From IMG/VR virus record IMGVR_UViG_3300029425_000240: DNA of 64,000 bases; one strand, given 5' to 3'. Under the pieces are notes generated by a model, which was given only the letters and a program-made list of their open reading frames with translations, was not told the origin of the DNA and searched no databases. This stretch comes from a virus. The translations under genes were made by a program, and so were the position numbers. Of the stretch, positions 53,536-61,200 are shown in pieces (position 1 is the first letter of the stretch; every line of letters begins with the position of its first letter).

Positions 53536-55345
53536 TTTTTCTAATTTCCTCCCCTGTGAGTGTTTCCTTTTTCATAAGTTCTTCTGCAATATCCCGCAGC
53601 CTGTCAATGTTTTCTTTCATTAGTATCAGAGACTGCTCCTGAAGCGCCTTTGCGAGTTTGACCGCCTCTTTTGTAATGACTTCCGGCTTTACATCGAGAT
53701 TATCCAGATTCAGCAGTCCGAACTCATCATTCATGCCATATTCTACAATCATTTTCTTGATGATGTCTGTAGCCTTTTCAATATCATTTGATGCCCCGGT
53801 TGTAACTCCTTCCTCTTCGCCGTTGCTCTCTGTCAGCAGTGCTTCAGCGTTTCTTCCTGCATACAGCATGATTACCTGCTCTTTTAATTCTTTGACTGTG
53901 AATAATCCAAGTTTCTTTGGAGTGATAAAGGTTGCGCCTCCAGCACCAGATGTTGACGGGATGATGGATGCCTTTGTCAGGTCCTGACCAAGCAGGAGCC
54001 CTGCCAGCGCATGTCCTGCTTCGTGCCATGCTACGACTTCAATATTATTTCTTTCACCGTTCCTTCTTAAATGCCCTTCCATTAACTGTTTCATCCATGC
54101 TTCATCAAGGATTTTTCTGTCGATGATTCCGTTATTATCTCTTGCTGCAATAATAGCCGCTTCGTTTAATACAGTCTTGATTGTCGCCGGGCTGCTGCCC
54201 ATGGTTTCTTTTGCAAATGCATCAAAATCAACGTCCTCGGCAAATTTCTTGTTATTCGTATAAAGGTCAATAATAACCCTTCTTTCTTTTGCGCTTTCCG
54301 GAAGGCTGACTGCAAAATGGTTATCAAATCTTCCTGGTCTTGTCAGCGCCGGGTCCAGGTCTTCCAGTCTGTTTGTTGCTGCAATCACCACAACACCATT
54401 GCTTCCGTCAAATCCGTCCATCTCTGAAAGCAGCGTGTTCAGCGTCTGTCTGTCATAATTATTCTGTTTGGAGTGCCTACGGCCGCCCATGGAGTCAATC
54501 TCATCAATAAAGATGATGCATGGTGCATTGTTCTTTGCGTCGTCAAAAAGTTTTCTCATTTTGCTCGCTCCAACACCGACATACTTTTCATCAAAGTCTG
54601 AACCGGACGTTGCAATAAACTTTACTCCGGCTTCTCCTGCCACAGCCTTTGCCAGAAGTGTTTTTCCTGTTCCTGGAGGGCCGTAAAGCAGCACACCTTT
54701 CGGTATATCTGCGCCTGCTTCTTTATATTTATCCGGATTTTTCAGGAAGTCAACGACCGTCATGAGGTCTTCTTTTACCTCATCCAGGCCGGCAACGTCT
54801 TTGAATTTAACATTGCTTTTTTGTTCTTTCTTTCTGGTTGATTTTATGGAACCAATACCCATTATCTTTGTCATTGCATAGAATAAAGCGGCATACATAA
54901 GTAACTGAACTGCCATCATAATCGGCGTTTCATATTTCTTGAGCATTCCTGATTCTTTAACTTCTACGCCCTGCTCCAGCATATCTACTTTGAAATCATC
55001 GTATTTTGGATTTGACGTTGTATATTCTTTATCTTTTTTGTCATAGGCAGTGATGGTCTCGTCATCTTCATTCCACTTGATTTCCTTAATCTGCCCCGTA
55101 TCCACCATATCCAGGAATTTTTCATATTTTATTTCTTTTGGCTTTCCTGGCCTTCCAGGACCCGAACCGACATAAAGCCCAGCTCCAGCGGTAACTATCA
55201 GAACGGCCAGCATGATATATGAAATAATTTTTACTATCTTATCTTTCCCGGGACCCTTTCCTGCTGTTCCATCGTTCCTGCCGTTATCTCTGTCTGTTAC
55301 GTTTGACTTCACCGTATCTTTTTTTACGTTGTCTTTTTTTCTCAT
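53522..55345 (-). CDS. ftsH: FtsH-type membrane-bound ATP-dependent zinc metalloprotease
   Basis: TM1 - extracytoplasmic domain - TM2 - AAA+ (GPPGTGKT, Walker [12 protein letters not shown]) - M41 protease HEAGHAL. Confidence 0.85.
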   Translation of the reverse strand: MRKKDNVKKDTVKSNVTDRDNGRNDGTAGKGPGKDKIVKIISYIMLAVLIVTAGAGLYVGSGPGRPGKPKEIKYEKFLDMVDTGQIKEIKWNEDDETITAYDKKDKEYTTSNPKYDDFKVDMLEQGVEVKESGMLKKYETPIMMAVQLLMYAALFYAMTKIMGIGSIKSTRKKEQKSNVKFKDVAGLDEVKEDLMTVVDFLKNPDKYKEAGADIPKGVLLYGPPGTGKTLLAKAVAGEAGVKFIATSGSDFDEKYVGVGASKMRKLFDDAKNNAPCIIFIDEIDSMGGRRHSKQNNYDRQTLNTLLSEMDGFDGSNGVVVIAATNRLEDLDPALTRPGRFDNHFAVSLPESAKERRVIIDLYTNNKKFAEDVDFDAFAKETMGSSPATIKTVLNEAAIIAARDNNGIIDRKILDEAWMKQLMEGHLRRNGERNNIEVVAWHEAGHALAGLLLGQDLTKASIIPSTSGAGGATFITPKKLGLFTVKELKEQVIMLYAGRNAEALLTESNGEEEGVTTGASNDIEKATDIIKKMIVEYGMNDEFGLLNLDNLDVKPEVITKEAVKLAKALQEQSLILMKENIDRLRDIAEELMKKETLTGEEIRKIAER

Positions 55346-55384
55346 TTTTCTATTGTTTCCTTTCTGCTATATTTTTTTTCTAAC

Positions 55385-55400
55385 TGTAATATGCAGAATC
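55385..55400 (-). promoter_or_regulatory. conserved upstream box (TTCTGCATATTACA), ftsH
   Basis: 45 nt upstream of ATG 55345. Confidence 0.5.
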
Positions 55401-55538
55401 TTTTGATTTCCGTTCGTTTTTTGCGAACAAAAAACTTGGAGATGATTCTCCAGGTTAGTCTTTGCACATAGCGAGAATTCTTAAGGCTTCAGCAAATATG
55501 GCAAAAAAGCTGCCGCGAAGCGGCAGCTTGCAAGAAAG

Positions 55539-56444
55539 TCAAACTATTTTATGCAAGGTGTATGTTTTTGCATCCTTTTTTCCCGTTCCTTTTGTATATG
55601 GCTTTACATATCCGACTTTCCCGGATGCATAATGACGGTAATGACCGCGGACAGTCCAGGATTCAGTCAGTCTCTGATGCGGCTTGCAGGCAAGACGATG
55701 TATTGTCTCCTCATTAAGCGAAACGATTTTCGTTCCGTTTAATACAATTGCCTTTTGTCCATATTGTCCATACTTTACATTTTCGTGATGCGATATGGCT
55801 TGCTCCTGTTTCATTTGGTTTGAAGGTTCTACCTGTTTGATTTCAGGGTTTTTGCTAATGTAGTTTAGCATTCCTATTGTCTTTAAGAACATACGAAATT
55901 CATCAAAAGTATCATTCATCAAATTATTACAATCTGACGAAACAAAATCTCGATATCCTATTCCGTTTTCGTTCGGCATTAAAGCACACGGCATGTCCAT
56001 ATCTCGGATTACAATTTTGGGATATGTTCCAGTGCGAGAACTGTTTGGATAAATAGTAAAACAAGCATTATAATAATATGTGGGATTATTTTCCTTTCTA
56101 ATATCAATAAAAGATTCCACTATGATGTCGTAACTATTTTCCCCAACATTTGTAACATTGAATACCATAGAAAATATTGAATCATCTTTATGTTCAATAA
56201 ATACCCCATTATTTAATATAGGCAAATATTGTAGTTGCTTATTCGCCAAATCAAGACGACTTATCTCTAATTCTACACGTTCTTTATCGACAATGATTTT
56301 ATCCATCTTTTCAGCTTTAGACATAAGACTTTTCAGTTTGATATCTGACTTCTTTTTCTTCTCTATTATCTCGTTCATTCTAATCTGTTCAAATATCTTT
56401 TCCTGCATTTTTCCTGCATATCCCTTTTTTCTTTTGATTTTCCT
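55539..56444 (-). CDS. hypothetical basic protein (~300 aa)
   Basis: Track ORF starts at GTG 56486 inside the promoter box; first ATG at 56444 (MRKIKRKKGY). Confidence 0.5.
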   Translation of the reverse strand, partial: RKIKRKKGYAGKMQEKIFEQIRMNEIIEKKKKSDIKLKSLMSKAEKMDKIIVDKERVELEISRLDLANKQLQYLPILNNGVFIEHKDDSIFSMVFNVTNVGENSYDIIVESFIDIRKENNPTYYYNACFTIYPNSSRTGTYPKIVIRDMDMPCALMPNENGIGYRDFVSSDCNNLMNDTFDEFRMFLKTIGMLNYISKNPEIKQVEPSNQMKQEQAISHHENVKYGQYGQKAIVLNGTKIVSLNEETIHRLACKPHQRLTESWTVRGHYRHYASGKVGYVKPYTKGTGKKDAKTYTLHKIV

Positions 56445-56487
56445 CATTGTTTTTCTTCCTTTCTTTGTAAAAATTTTCTTTGTCACC

Positions 56488-56503
56488 TCTAATATGCCGA
56501 ATC
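56488..56503 (-). promoter_or_regulatory. conserved upstream box (TTCGGCATATTAGA)
   Basis: 48 nt upstream of ATG 56444. Confidence 0.5.
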
Positions 56504-56570
56504 GCTATTTTTACAAGAAAAAATGCCGCCGCAAAATGCGACGACATGTCATAGCTAAGTCATAGAATTA

Positions 56571-57068
56571 TTATGCCATTTTTTTGTAAACTTCCAGAAG
56601 TTGTTTAACTTCTTCAGACTCGCAACACTTTTCTAATGCTGTAATACAATCCAATATTGGCGTGCTGATTCTTACCTGAACCTTTAAAGGACCACATTTG
56701 TTATCTTTTGATTTAACCTCAAATACTGCATAAATCCCATAGAATCCATCCTGATTTTTCACATCAAGGAATTCATCTGAATGTTCTAATTGCATCTGAT
56801 GTTCACAAGAAACATTCTGCAGCCATTTCAGGAGGGTTGTTGCTTCACTTTTAGAGTCCACAATTATCATAACGTTAATTGTATCGTCTGCATTTAATGC
56901 CGCATCAATTCCGGTTTTGCAATCTGGCCTTTTTATAAATCCATCAGTTGATACAATCGCCACTTTTGAAAAACGTGCTGCCTCGCCAATCGCGGCATCC
57001 ATACACCACATTGCCCGCTGCATGTATTTATAGTGTTCTCCATAGAATTTTTCTACTGATTTCTCCAT
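56571..57068 (-). CDS. hypothetical protein with possible RelA/SpoT-like nucleotidyltransferase fold
   Basis: ATG 57068 after AAAGGAAAATGAT (track starts at TTG 57095); pattern FIKRPDCK...DDTINVMIIVD...GFYGIYAVFEV...LKVQVRIST loosely parallels small-alarmone-synthetase motifs; tentative. Confidence 0.45.
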   Translation of the reverse strand: MEKSVEKFYGEHYKYMQRAMWCMDAAIGEAARFSKVAIVSTDGFIKRPDCKTGIDAALNADDTINVMIIVDSKSEATTLLKWLQNVSCEHQMQLEHSDEFLDVKNQDGFYGIYAVFEVKSKDNKCGPLKVQVRISTPILDCITALEKCCESEEVKQLLEVYKKMA

Positions 57069-57099
57069 ATCATTTTCCTTTCTTTGCTGATTCAATAAA

Positions 57100-57115
57100 A
57101 GTTTTCATTCTTAAT
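57100..57115 (-). promoter_or_regulatory. conserved upstream box (ATTGACATATTAAG)
   Basis: 36 nt upstream of ATG 57068. Confidence 0.45.
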
Positions 57116-57177
57116 ATGTCAATTCTCCATTTTTACAAAAAAAAATACAGCCAAAAGTTCTGGCTGTATCAAAAAAC

Positions 57178-57396
57178 TTAAACCTGCTGGCAGATTTCTC
57201 CATATCCATAGCATCCGCCCCCCTCTGCGTCCACAGTCCAATGTGGCATATTGTTGTCATCTACCCAAAAATATGCATCATGTGCCGCAGTTATGACTCT
57301 GGCAGCATTTGGATTGAATTCGCCATCCACAAAAAATTTGTCTCCTTTTCTTATTTTCTGAATAGTCTCTTCCGGCATTAGGATGTATTTTACCAT
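57178..57396 (-). CDS. hypothetical small protein (72 aa)
   Basis: GAAAGGAGAAAAAAGAA-ATG; own box 58 nt upstream. Confidence 0.45.
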   Translation of the reverse strand: MVKYILMPEETIQKIRKGDKFFVDGEFNPNAARVITAAHDAYFWVDDNNMPHWTVDAEGGGCYGYGEICQQV

Positions 57397-57449
57397 TTCT
57401 TTTTTCTCCTTTCTTTCTTTATATAAATAATATCATATATCTGTAATAA

Positions 57450-57465
57450 AATAATATGAAGGATT
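57450..57465 (-). promoter_or_regulatory. variant box (TCCTTCATATTATT)
   Basis: 58 nt upstream of ATG 57396. Confidence 0.4.
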
Positions 57466-57534
57466 TCTATTTTTACAAAAAAAACAAGCGCCGCCGAAGG
57501 CAGCGCCCGTCTCTAATCACATTAAAAATTTCCC

Positions 57535-58290
57535 TCAATCCCACAACGCGAAAAAATATTTCTTCGTTAAATCAAACACCTCATCTTTGCATTTTTCTCT
57601 ATACGCCATCAGTCGCTTCTCCTCTTCCATATGCAGCCGGCTGATTTCTTCATACTCTGGCAGTTCACTCATAAAATGCATTCTTCTGGAGCCTGTCTTT
57701 TTTGTTTTTTCTTTTTCTTCTTCTGTTTCCAGGCCTTCCCCAAAGAAACCATATTTCTCATTAAACTCTTCGAATGCTTTTGAATATTCTTTTTCATATT
57801 TATTTTTTTCGCTGCAAGTCTCTTCGTCAAGTTCCCGCCAGAGGAAAATCATCCGGTCAAGGATTTTATCCCATTCTTTATGGCAAGCATCGTTCTGCAT
57901 TATGCCATGCTCGTCAGTATAATTTTCACCGAGCATCGCCGGGCTTCCCATCCGGTTATCTTTCAGATACTGCAGCATTGCCGGCATCAGTTCTTCTAGA
58001 TATGTGTACATGCTCCACACATCAGAGTCAGCAAAACCTCTTTTTGCTCTTTGCTTTGACCATTTGATGCATCTGAAGAAATGTTTGATTTTTGCTAACA
58101 TTCGGGATTTTTTCCCAAGCCCGCACATTACGAATCCATTTCCATTCCAGATATTCAGCAGAGAATCATCTTCGTACATCTTCTTATTGCGGCGCTGCTT
58201 GCGCGAAGGCCGTTTGCAGGTGGAGGACTTTGTCTTTAGACTTCTTTTTGGTTTGGTTTTTGTTTTTGTTTTAAGCTTCTTTTTAAGCAT
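57535..58290 (-). CDS. hypothetical protein with highly basic N-terminus (251 aa)
   Basis: AAAGGAGATG RBS; KKKLKTKTKTKPKRSLKTK N-terminus; overlaps upstream gene stop. Confidence 0.5.
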   Translation of the reverse strand: MLKKKLKTKTKTKPKRSLKTKSSTCKRPSRKQRRNKKMYEDDSLLNIWNGNGFVMCGLGKKSRMLAKIKHFFRCIKWSKQRAKRGFADSDVWSMYTYLEELMPAMLQYLKDNRMGSPAMLGENYTDEHGIMQNDACHKEWDKILDRMIFLWRELDEETCSEKNKYEKEYSKAFEEFNEKYGFFGEGLETEEEKEKTKKTGSRRMHFMSELPEYEEISRLHMEEEKRLMAYREKCKDEVFDLTKKYFFALWD

Positions 58291-58675
58291 TTTGAATCAT
58301 CTCCTTTTCAGGGCGTATGTATCCTTCGTGTTGCCGTGTATATCGCATATATTCATGCTTAGCAAAAGAATTTCTTTTCAGCAAAGCTGTGACATCGCTG
58401 GACAGAAAACATACTGTTTCGGTGTGCGTGTTACTGTTCTGACGGTATTGAAGTCCAAGGTATTTGTTTTCGGCATGCTTAGCAATCCAGTCTGCATCCA
58501 GAACAATAGTTTCACACGTGTGGTCTGAGAGAATCTCCTGGTTTGCTGCATTTTTGCCGTCTGACAGGAACCAATACAGGTTCTGTGCATTTCGTATACC
58601 TTTCTCGTCTTCTGCTACTGCGTGGCAGATTACGAAAAAAGTTGAGTTATCCAAGACTAGTATTTTTTCAGGCAT
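58283..58675 (-). CDS. hypothetical protein (130 aa)
   Basis: AAAGGAGAC RBS; box 31 nt upstream. Confidence 0.5.
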   Translation of the reverse strand: MPEKILVLDNSTFFVICHAVAEDEKGIRNAQNLYWFLSDGKNAANQEILSDHTCETIVLDADWIAKHAENKYLGLQYRQNSNTHTETVCFLSSDVTALLKRNSFAKHEYMRYTRQHEGYIRPEKEMIQNA

Positions 58676-58701
58676 TTTTTGTCTCCTTTGTTTTTTCTAT
58701 A

Positions 58702-58717
58702 TATGATATGCGGGATT
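58702..58717 (-). promoter_or_regulatory. variant box (TCCCGCATATCATA)
   Basis: 31 nt upstream of ATG 58675. Confidence 0.4.
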
Positions 58718-58740
58718 TTTTGGAGAGAAGAAAAATTTGC

Positions 58741-58772
58741 GAAAAAAGAGCCTGCAGAATTTCTGCAGGCAA
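58741..58772 (-). terminator. rho-independent terminator after 59-aa gene
   Basis: Perfect GCCTGCAGAA-T-TTCTGCAGGC stem immediately after TAA, T-run on minus strand. Confidence 0.65.
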
Positions 58773-58787
58773 AATTGCTTCACGGAG

Positions 58788-58967
58788 TTATCTTCCGTAC
58801 TGGAAATCTCCGTTAGAATCCACGAACTCATCCCACCAGTCCTCGCCGTCAAAGACCTCATATCCGGTTGCATGGCAAAGTTCAGAGTTTCCGTCCACAT
58901 CAAAACGCTTATCAAACGGCATTTCCTCAAGGTGGCGGCGTTCTTTCCAAAATTCATGTTCGTTCAT
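58788..58967 (-). CDS. small acidic Trp-rich protein (59 aa: MNEHEFWKERRHLEEMPFDKRFDVDGNSELCHATGYEVFDGEDWWDEFVDSNGDFQYGR), below ORF-track threshold
   Basis: AAGGAAAAAAAGAT-ATG, TAA stop immediately followed by a perfect hairpin terminator; own conserved box; the overlapping 86-aa track ORF (58697-58957) is the wrong frame and runs through the next promoter. Confidence 0.45.
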   Translation of the reverse strand: MNEHEFWKERRHLEEMPFDKRFDVDGNSELCHATGYEVFDGEDWWDEFVDSNGDFQYGR

Positions 58968-59006
58968 ATCTTTTTTTTCCTTTCTTGAATGGTATTGCTA
59001 GATACA

Positions 59007-59022
59007 TCTAATATGCGGAAAA
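59007..59022 (-). promoter_or_regulatory. conserved upstream box (TTCCGCATATTAGA)
   Basis: 45 nt upstream of ATG 58967 (59-aa ORF). Confidence 0.45.
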
Positions 59023-59052
59023 TTTTCTCTACTGAAAATTCAGAAAGTTTTA

Positions 59053-59093
59053 GAAAAAAAAGAAACCGCCGTCTACTGGAACTAGACGGCGGG
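59053..59093 (-). terminator. rho-independent terminator
   Basis: CCGCCGTCTA..TAGACGGCGG stem plus T12 on minus strand. Confidence 0.55.
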
Positions 59094-59125
59094 CATAAGC
59101 CAGTTTAAAGATTCCTGAAAAACAT

Positions 59126-59154
59126 TTGCTTATACAGGAATTTCTTGCTATACT
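59126..59154 (+). promoter_or_regulatory. sigmaA-like promoter (TTGCTT-17-TATACT) on plus strand
   Basis: Correct 17-bp spacing; drives the plus-strand small ORF 59267-59410 through a ~110-nt leader containing a GAGGAGG..CCTCCC hairpin. Confidence 0.4.
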
Positions 59155-59266
59155 GTTATGCATAGGAAGCCGGAATTACGGCAGGCGGTTTATCTCCTCC
59201 AAAGCAGCAACATCGCTGAGGAGGTTCATCCTCCCAGCTTTATTTTTACAAAGGAGGGTGATGCGT

Positions 59267-59410
59267 ATGTACGAAAAACTCGCTCTTGAGTTAACTGCGT
59301 TAGCTTTTTTGTTTCAGTGTATCCGTTTTATATGGAAAATTGAAATTGAGCGTTACAAGATGCGTAAGAAAAAACCGTCGACTACTGCCAATAGACGACG
59401 GAAGAAATAA
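59267..59410 (+). CDS. small hydrophobic/basic protein (47 aa: MYEKLALELTALAFLFQCIRFIWKIEIERYKMRKKKPSTTANRRRKK)
   Basis: AAAGGAGGGTGATGCGT-ATG on plus strand, ~110 nt downstream of a sigmaA-like promoter TTGCTT-17-TATACT; below track threshold as a separate ORF. Confidence 0.3.
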   Translation: MYEKLALELTALAFLFQCIRFIWKIEIERYKMRKKKPSTTANRRRKK

Positions 59411-59716
59411 AATTACATCATAGTAATATTGGAGATAGACCGTTTGCACGGCTTCCTATATTTATATATATCATACTCCCCCGCGCTATCAAAGTCAAGC
59501 GCGGGTTTCCCATTCGCTCTATCTTTTTTACTCCATTTTTTTATTTCGCTCCTCACTTCGCAACCTGATTCCCCGTCATTCTCACCAGCCCTTCCATATC
59601 CCGGTTCAGCCTGTCCAACGATTCCTTGCTCGGCCTTCTCTCTGGCGGGACCTTTACCAGTTCCGCCCAGCCGCCGCTTTTGCTCAGTTCTTTTTCCAAT
59701 ATTTTTCTTATTTCCA

Positions 59717-60592
59717 TCAAGATTCCTCACAAATTTTTCTCGAACCAGCACCTTCAATTTTAGAGCAAACAATACTGGTCATTTTTACAGCGCGTTTCTT
59801 TCCTTTTTTATTGCGCTCTACTGTTACATATGTTAACATCTTACATCTGATTTGCAAAGTTCGCTCTTTTCCAGGCTTAAACAGCCCTCTCATTTTTACC
59901 TGTTTGTCAACTTTAATAAGAACATCTTTTTTGAAGTCGTAATGTTCATACGTGACCATATCACAATCACTGGAAACATATGCGGATTTAATTCTTACGA
60001 CATCGTAATCGCTTCTGTTGCGATTAACATCCCACTTAGAAAACTGCATGTAAATTGTTTTATTATCAAAACATTCTAATTCTTTAATATAATCTTTTCC
60101 CGGTGGCAAATCTGATATATCATTGTACTCATTTTTTCGTTGCCCTTTCTTCCACATTGAAAAGCAGCGAAAACCTAATCCCTTTTTTCCAGCATCTTCT
60201 GATTGTTTAGTTTCTGAAATCTGATATTCATAAAACACTCCATCCAGCTGGAGTGGCAAAACGCCATTTATTTCCGTTAAATTAATACGTTTCTTTAAGT
60301 CTTTGTTGATTGCTGTCCAAAAACGTCCAAATATCTTTACCGGAATTTGTTCTTCGTCAATTGAATTGCATTTAATAATTTTAATTGAATGAAACATTAT
60401 GGTATCACAGATTTTATTTCCAATTCTTCCAGGCATTAAAGCCCAATCGTCAGATTCTATTAATACATTGTGACCAATCCAGGGTTCTAGCTCGTCAATA
60501 TAACCGCTGCTTTTCTGCAAGCTTGAAAAATCAGTATTTTGCTTATTCCTTACCGTTGGTTTTGTTAGTTTGTTTTTGAATTTTTTATTCAT
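59717..60592 (-). CDS. hypothetical protein (291 aa), paralogue of 62435-62938 product
   Basis: AGAGGAG RBS; N-terminal ~110 aa aligns with 62435-62938 protein (YIDELEPWIGHNVLIESDDWALMPG vs YVEELEPLLGAVIVLECDDWVFIPG; GFRCFSMWKKG vs GFQCFSMGKVG). Confidence 0.55.
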   Translation of the reverse strand: MNKKFKNKLTKPTVRNKQNTDFSSLQKSSGYIDELEPWIGHNVLIESDDWALMPGRIGNKICDTIMFHSIKIIKCNSIDEEQIPVKIFGRFWTAINKDLKKRINLTEINGVLPLQLDGVFYEYQISETKQSEDAGKKGLGFRCFSMWKKGQRKNEYNDISDLPPGKDYIKELECFDNKTIYMQFSKWDVNRNRSDYDVVRIKSAYVSSDCDMVTYEHYDFKKDVLIKVDKQVKMRGLFKPGKERTLQIRCKMLTYVTVERNKKGKKRAVKMTSIVCSKIEGAGSRKICEES

Positions 60593-60629
60593 CTTTTACT
60601 CCTCTTGCGTGCATTTCTGCCCGCTTTTC

Positions 60630-60746
60630 TCACACTGCTCCCGCAATCGCCGGGTTCATCTTTTCTGTCTTTCCATAATGTCTTACTTTATTTGCATCAA
60701 GAATTTTCTTGAAATATTCTTCTACCTTTTCTTCTACGCTTGGCAT
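60630..60746 (-). CDS. very small protein (38 aa: MPSVEEKVEEYFKKILDANKVRHYGKTEKMNPAIAGAV)
   Basis: Strong GGAGGCAAAAAT-ATG RBS, two conserved boxes upstream; below track threshold. Confidence 0.3.
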   Translation of the reverse strand: MPSVEEKVEEYFKKILDANKVRHYGKTEKMNPAIAGAV

Positions 60747-60776
60747 ATTTTTGCCTCCTTTTTTTGTCTTTCTGCA

Positions 60777-60792
60777 TGTAATATGCCGCGAA
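60777..60792 (-). promoter_or_regulatory. conserved upstream box (TCGCGGCATATTAC)
   Basis: 36 nt upstream of ATG 60746. Confidence 0.45.
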
Positions 60793-60823
60793 TTTCAAAA
60801 AACCTTATTTTTTTGCGGATTTT

Positions 60824-60839
60824 TTCGCTTGAGGTTAAT
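60824..60839 (-). promoter_or_regulatory. conserved upstream box (TTTTGCATATTAAC), tandem with 60777-60792
   Basis: Second copy 47 nt further upstream, just after terminator 60858-60892. Confidence 0.45.
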
Positions 60840-60857
60840 ATGCAAAACGCAGAGAAG

Positions 60858-60892
60858 AGTGGAACGTCCAAAGAAAAAGCCCGCAGCAAAAG
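60858..60892 (-). terminator. rho-independent terminator after 60914-61174
   Basis: GCCTGCAGC-UUUU-GCUGCGGGC stem (one wobble) plus T-run on minus strand. Confidence 0.55.
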
Positions 60893-60913
60893 CTGCAGGC
60901 GTGAGATTTTTTT

Positions 60914-61174
60914 TTAAAGCCTTTCGCACATCTTCTGATGGCCCTTATCTTCGTAGTAGTTCTGCCCCATCCATGTCAGCTGCCCAACCTGTACAACGCC
61001 ATATCGGGTTGTTTCATCGAAAACAAGCCCTCTGTCCAGCATCAGTTTCAGGGTATACTTAACTTCTTCTTCGCTAACCTCAGCAGATTTGAAATCATTG
61101 ACTCCAAAGATATCCTTATCGCTTTCTGCGATAGTTTTAACGATGGAATTAATCAGTTTCCAATTTCTTTTCAT
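60914..61174 (-). CDS. hypothetical small protein (86 aa)
   Basis: CAGGAGGC RBS; terminator right after stop. Confidence 0.45.
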   Translation of the reverse strand: MKRNWKLINSIVKTIAESDKDIFGVNDFKSAEVSEEEVKYTLKLMLDRGLVFDETTRYGVVQVGQLTWMGQNYYEDKGHQKMCERL

Positions 61175-61200
61175 CTTTTTTTGCCTCCTGTTTTTAGTAT

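Noticed and set aside
59413-59836. ORFs 59413-59772 (minus) and 59429-59836 (plus)
   Set aside because: The minus ORF starts at TTG inside the upstream gene in another frame and is G/K/R/E-rich like a translated noncoding strand. The region contains a perfect hairpin CCCGCGC-TATCAAAGTCAA-GCGCGGG. No confident gene is called here, though a small gene cannot be excluded.
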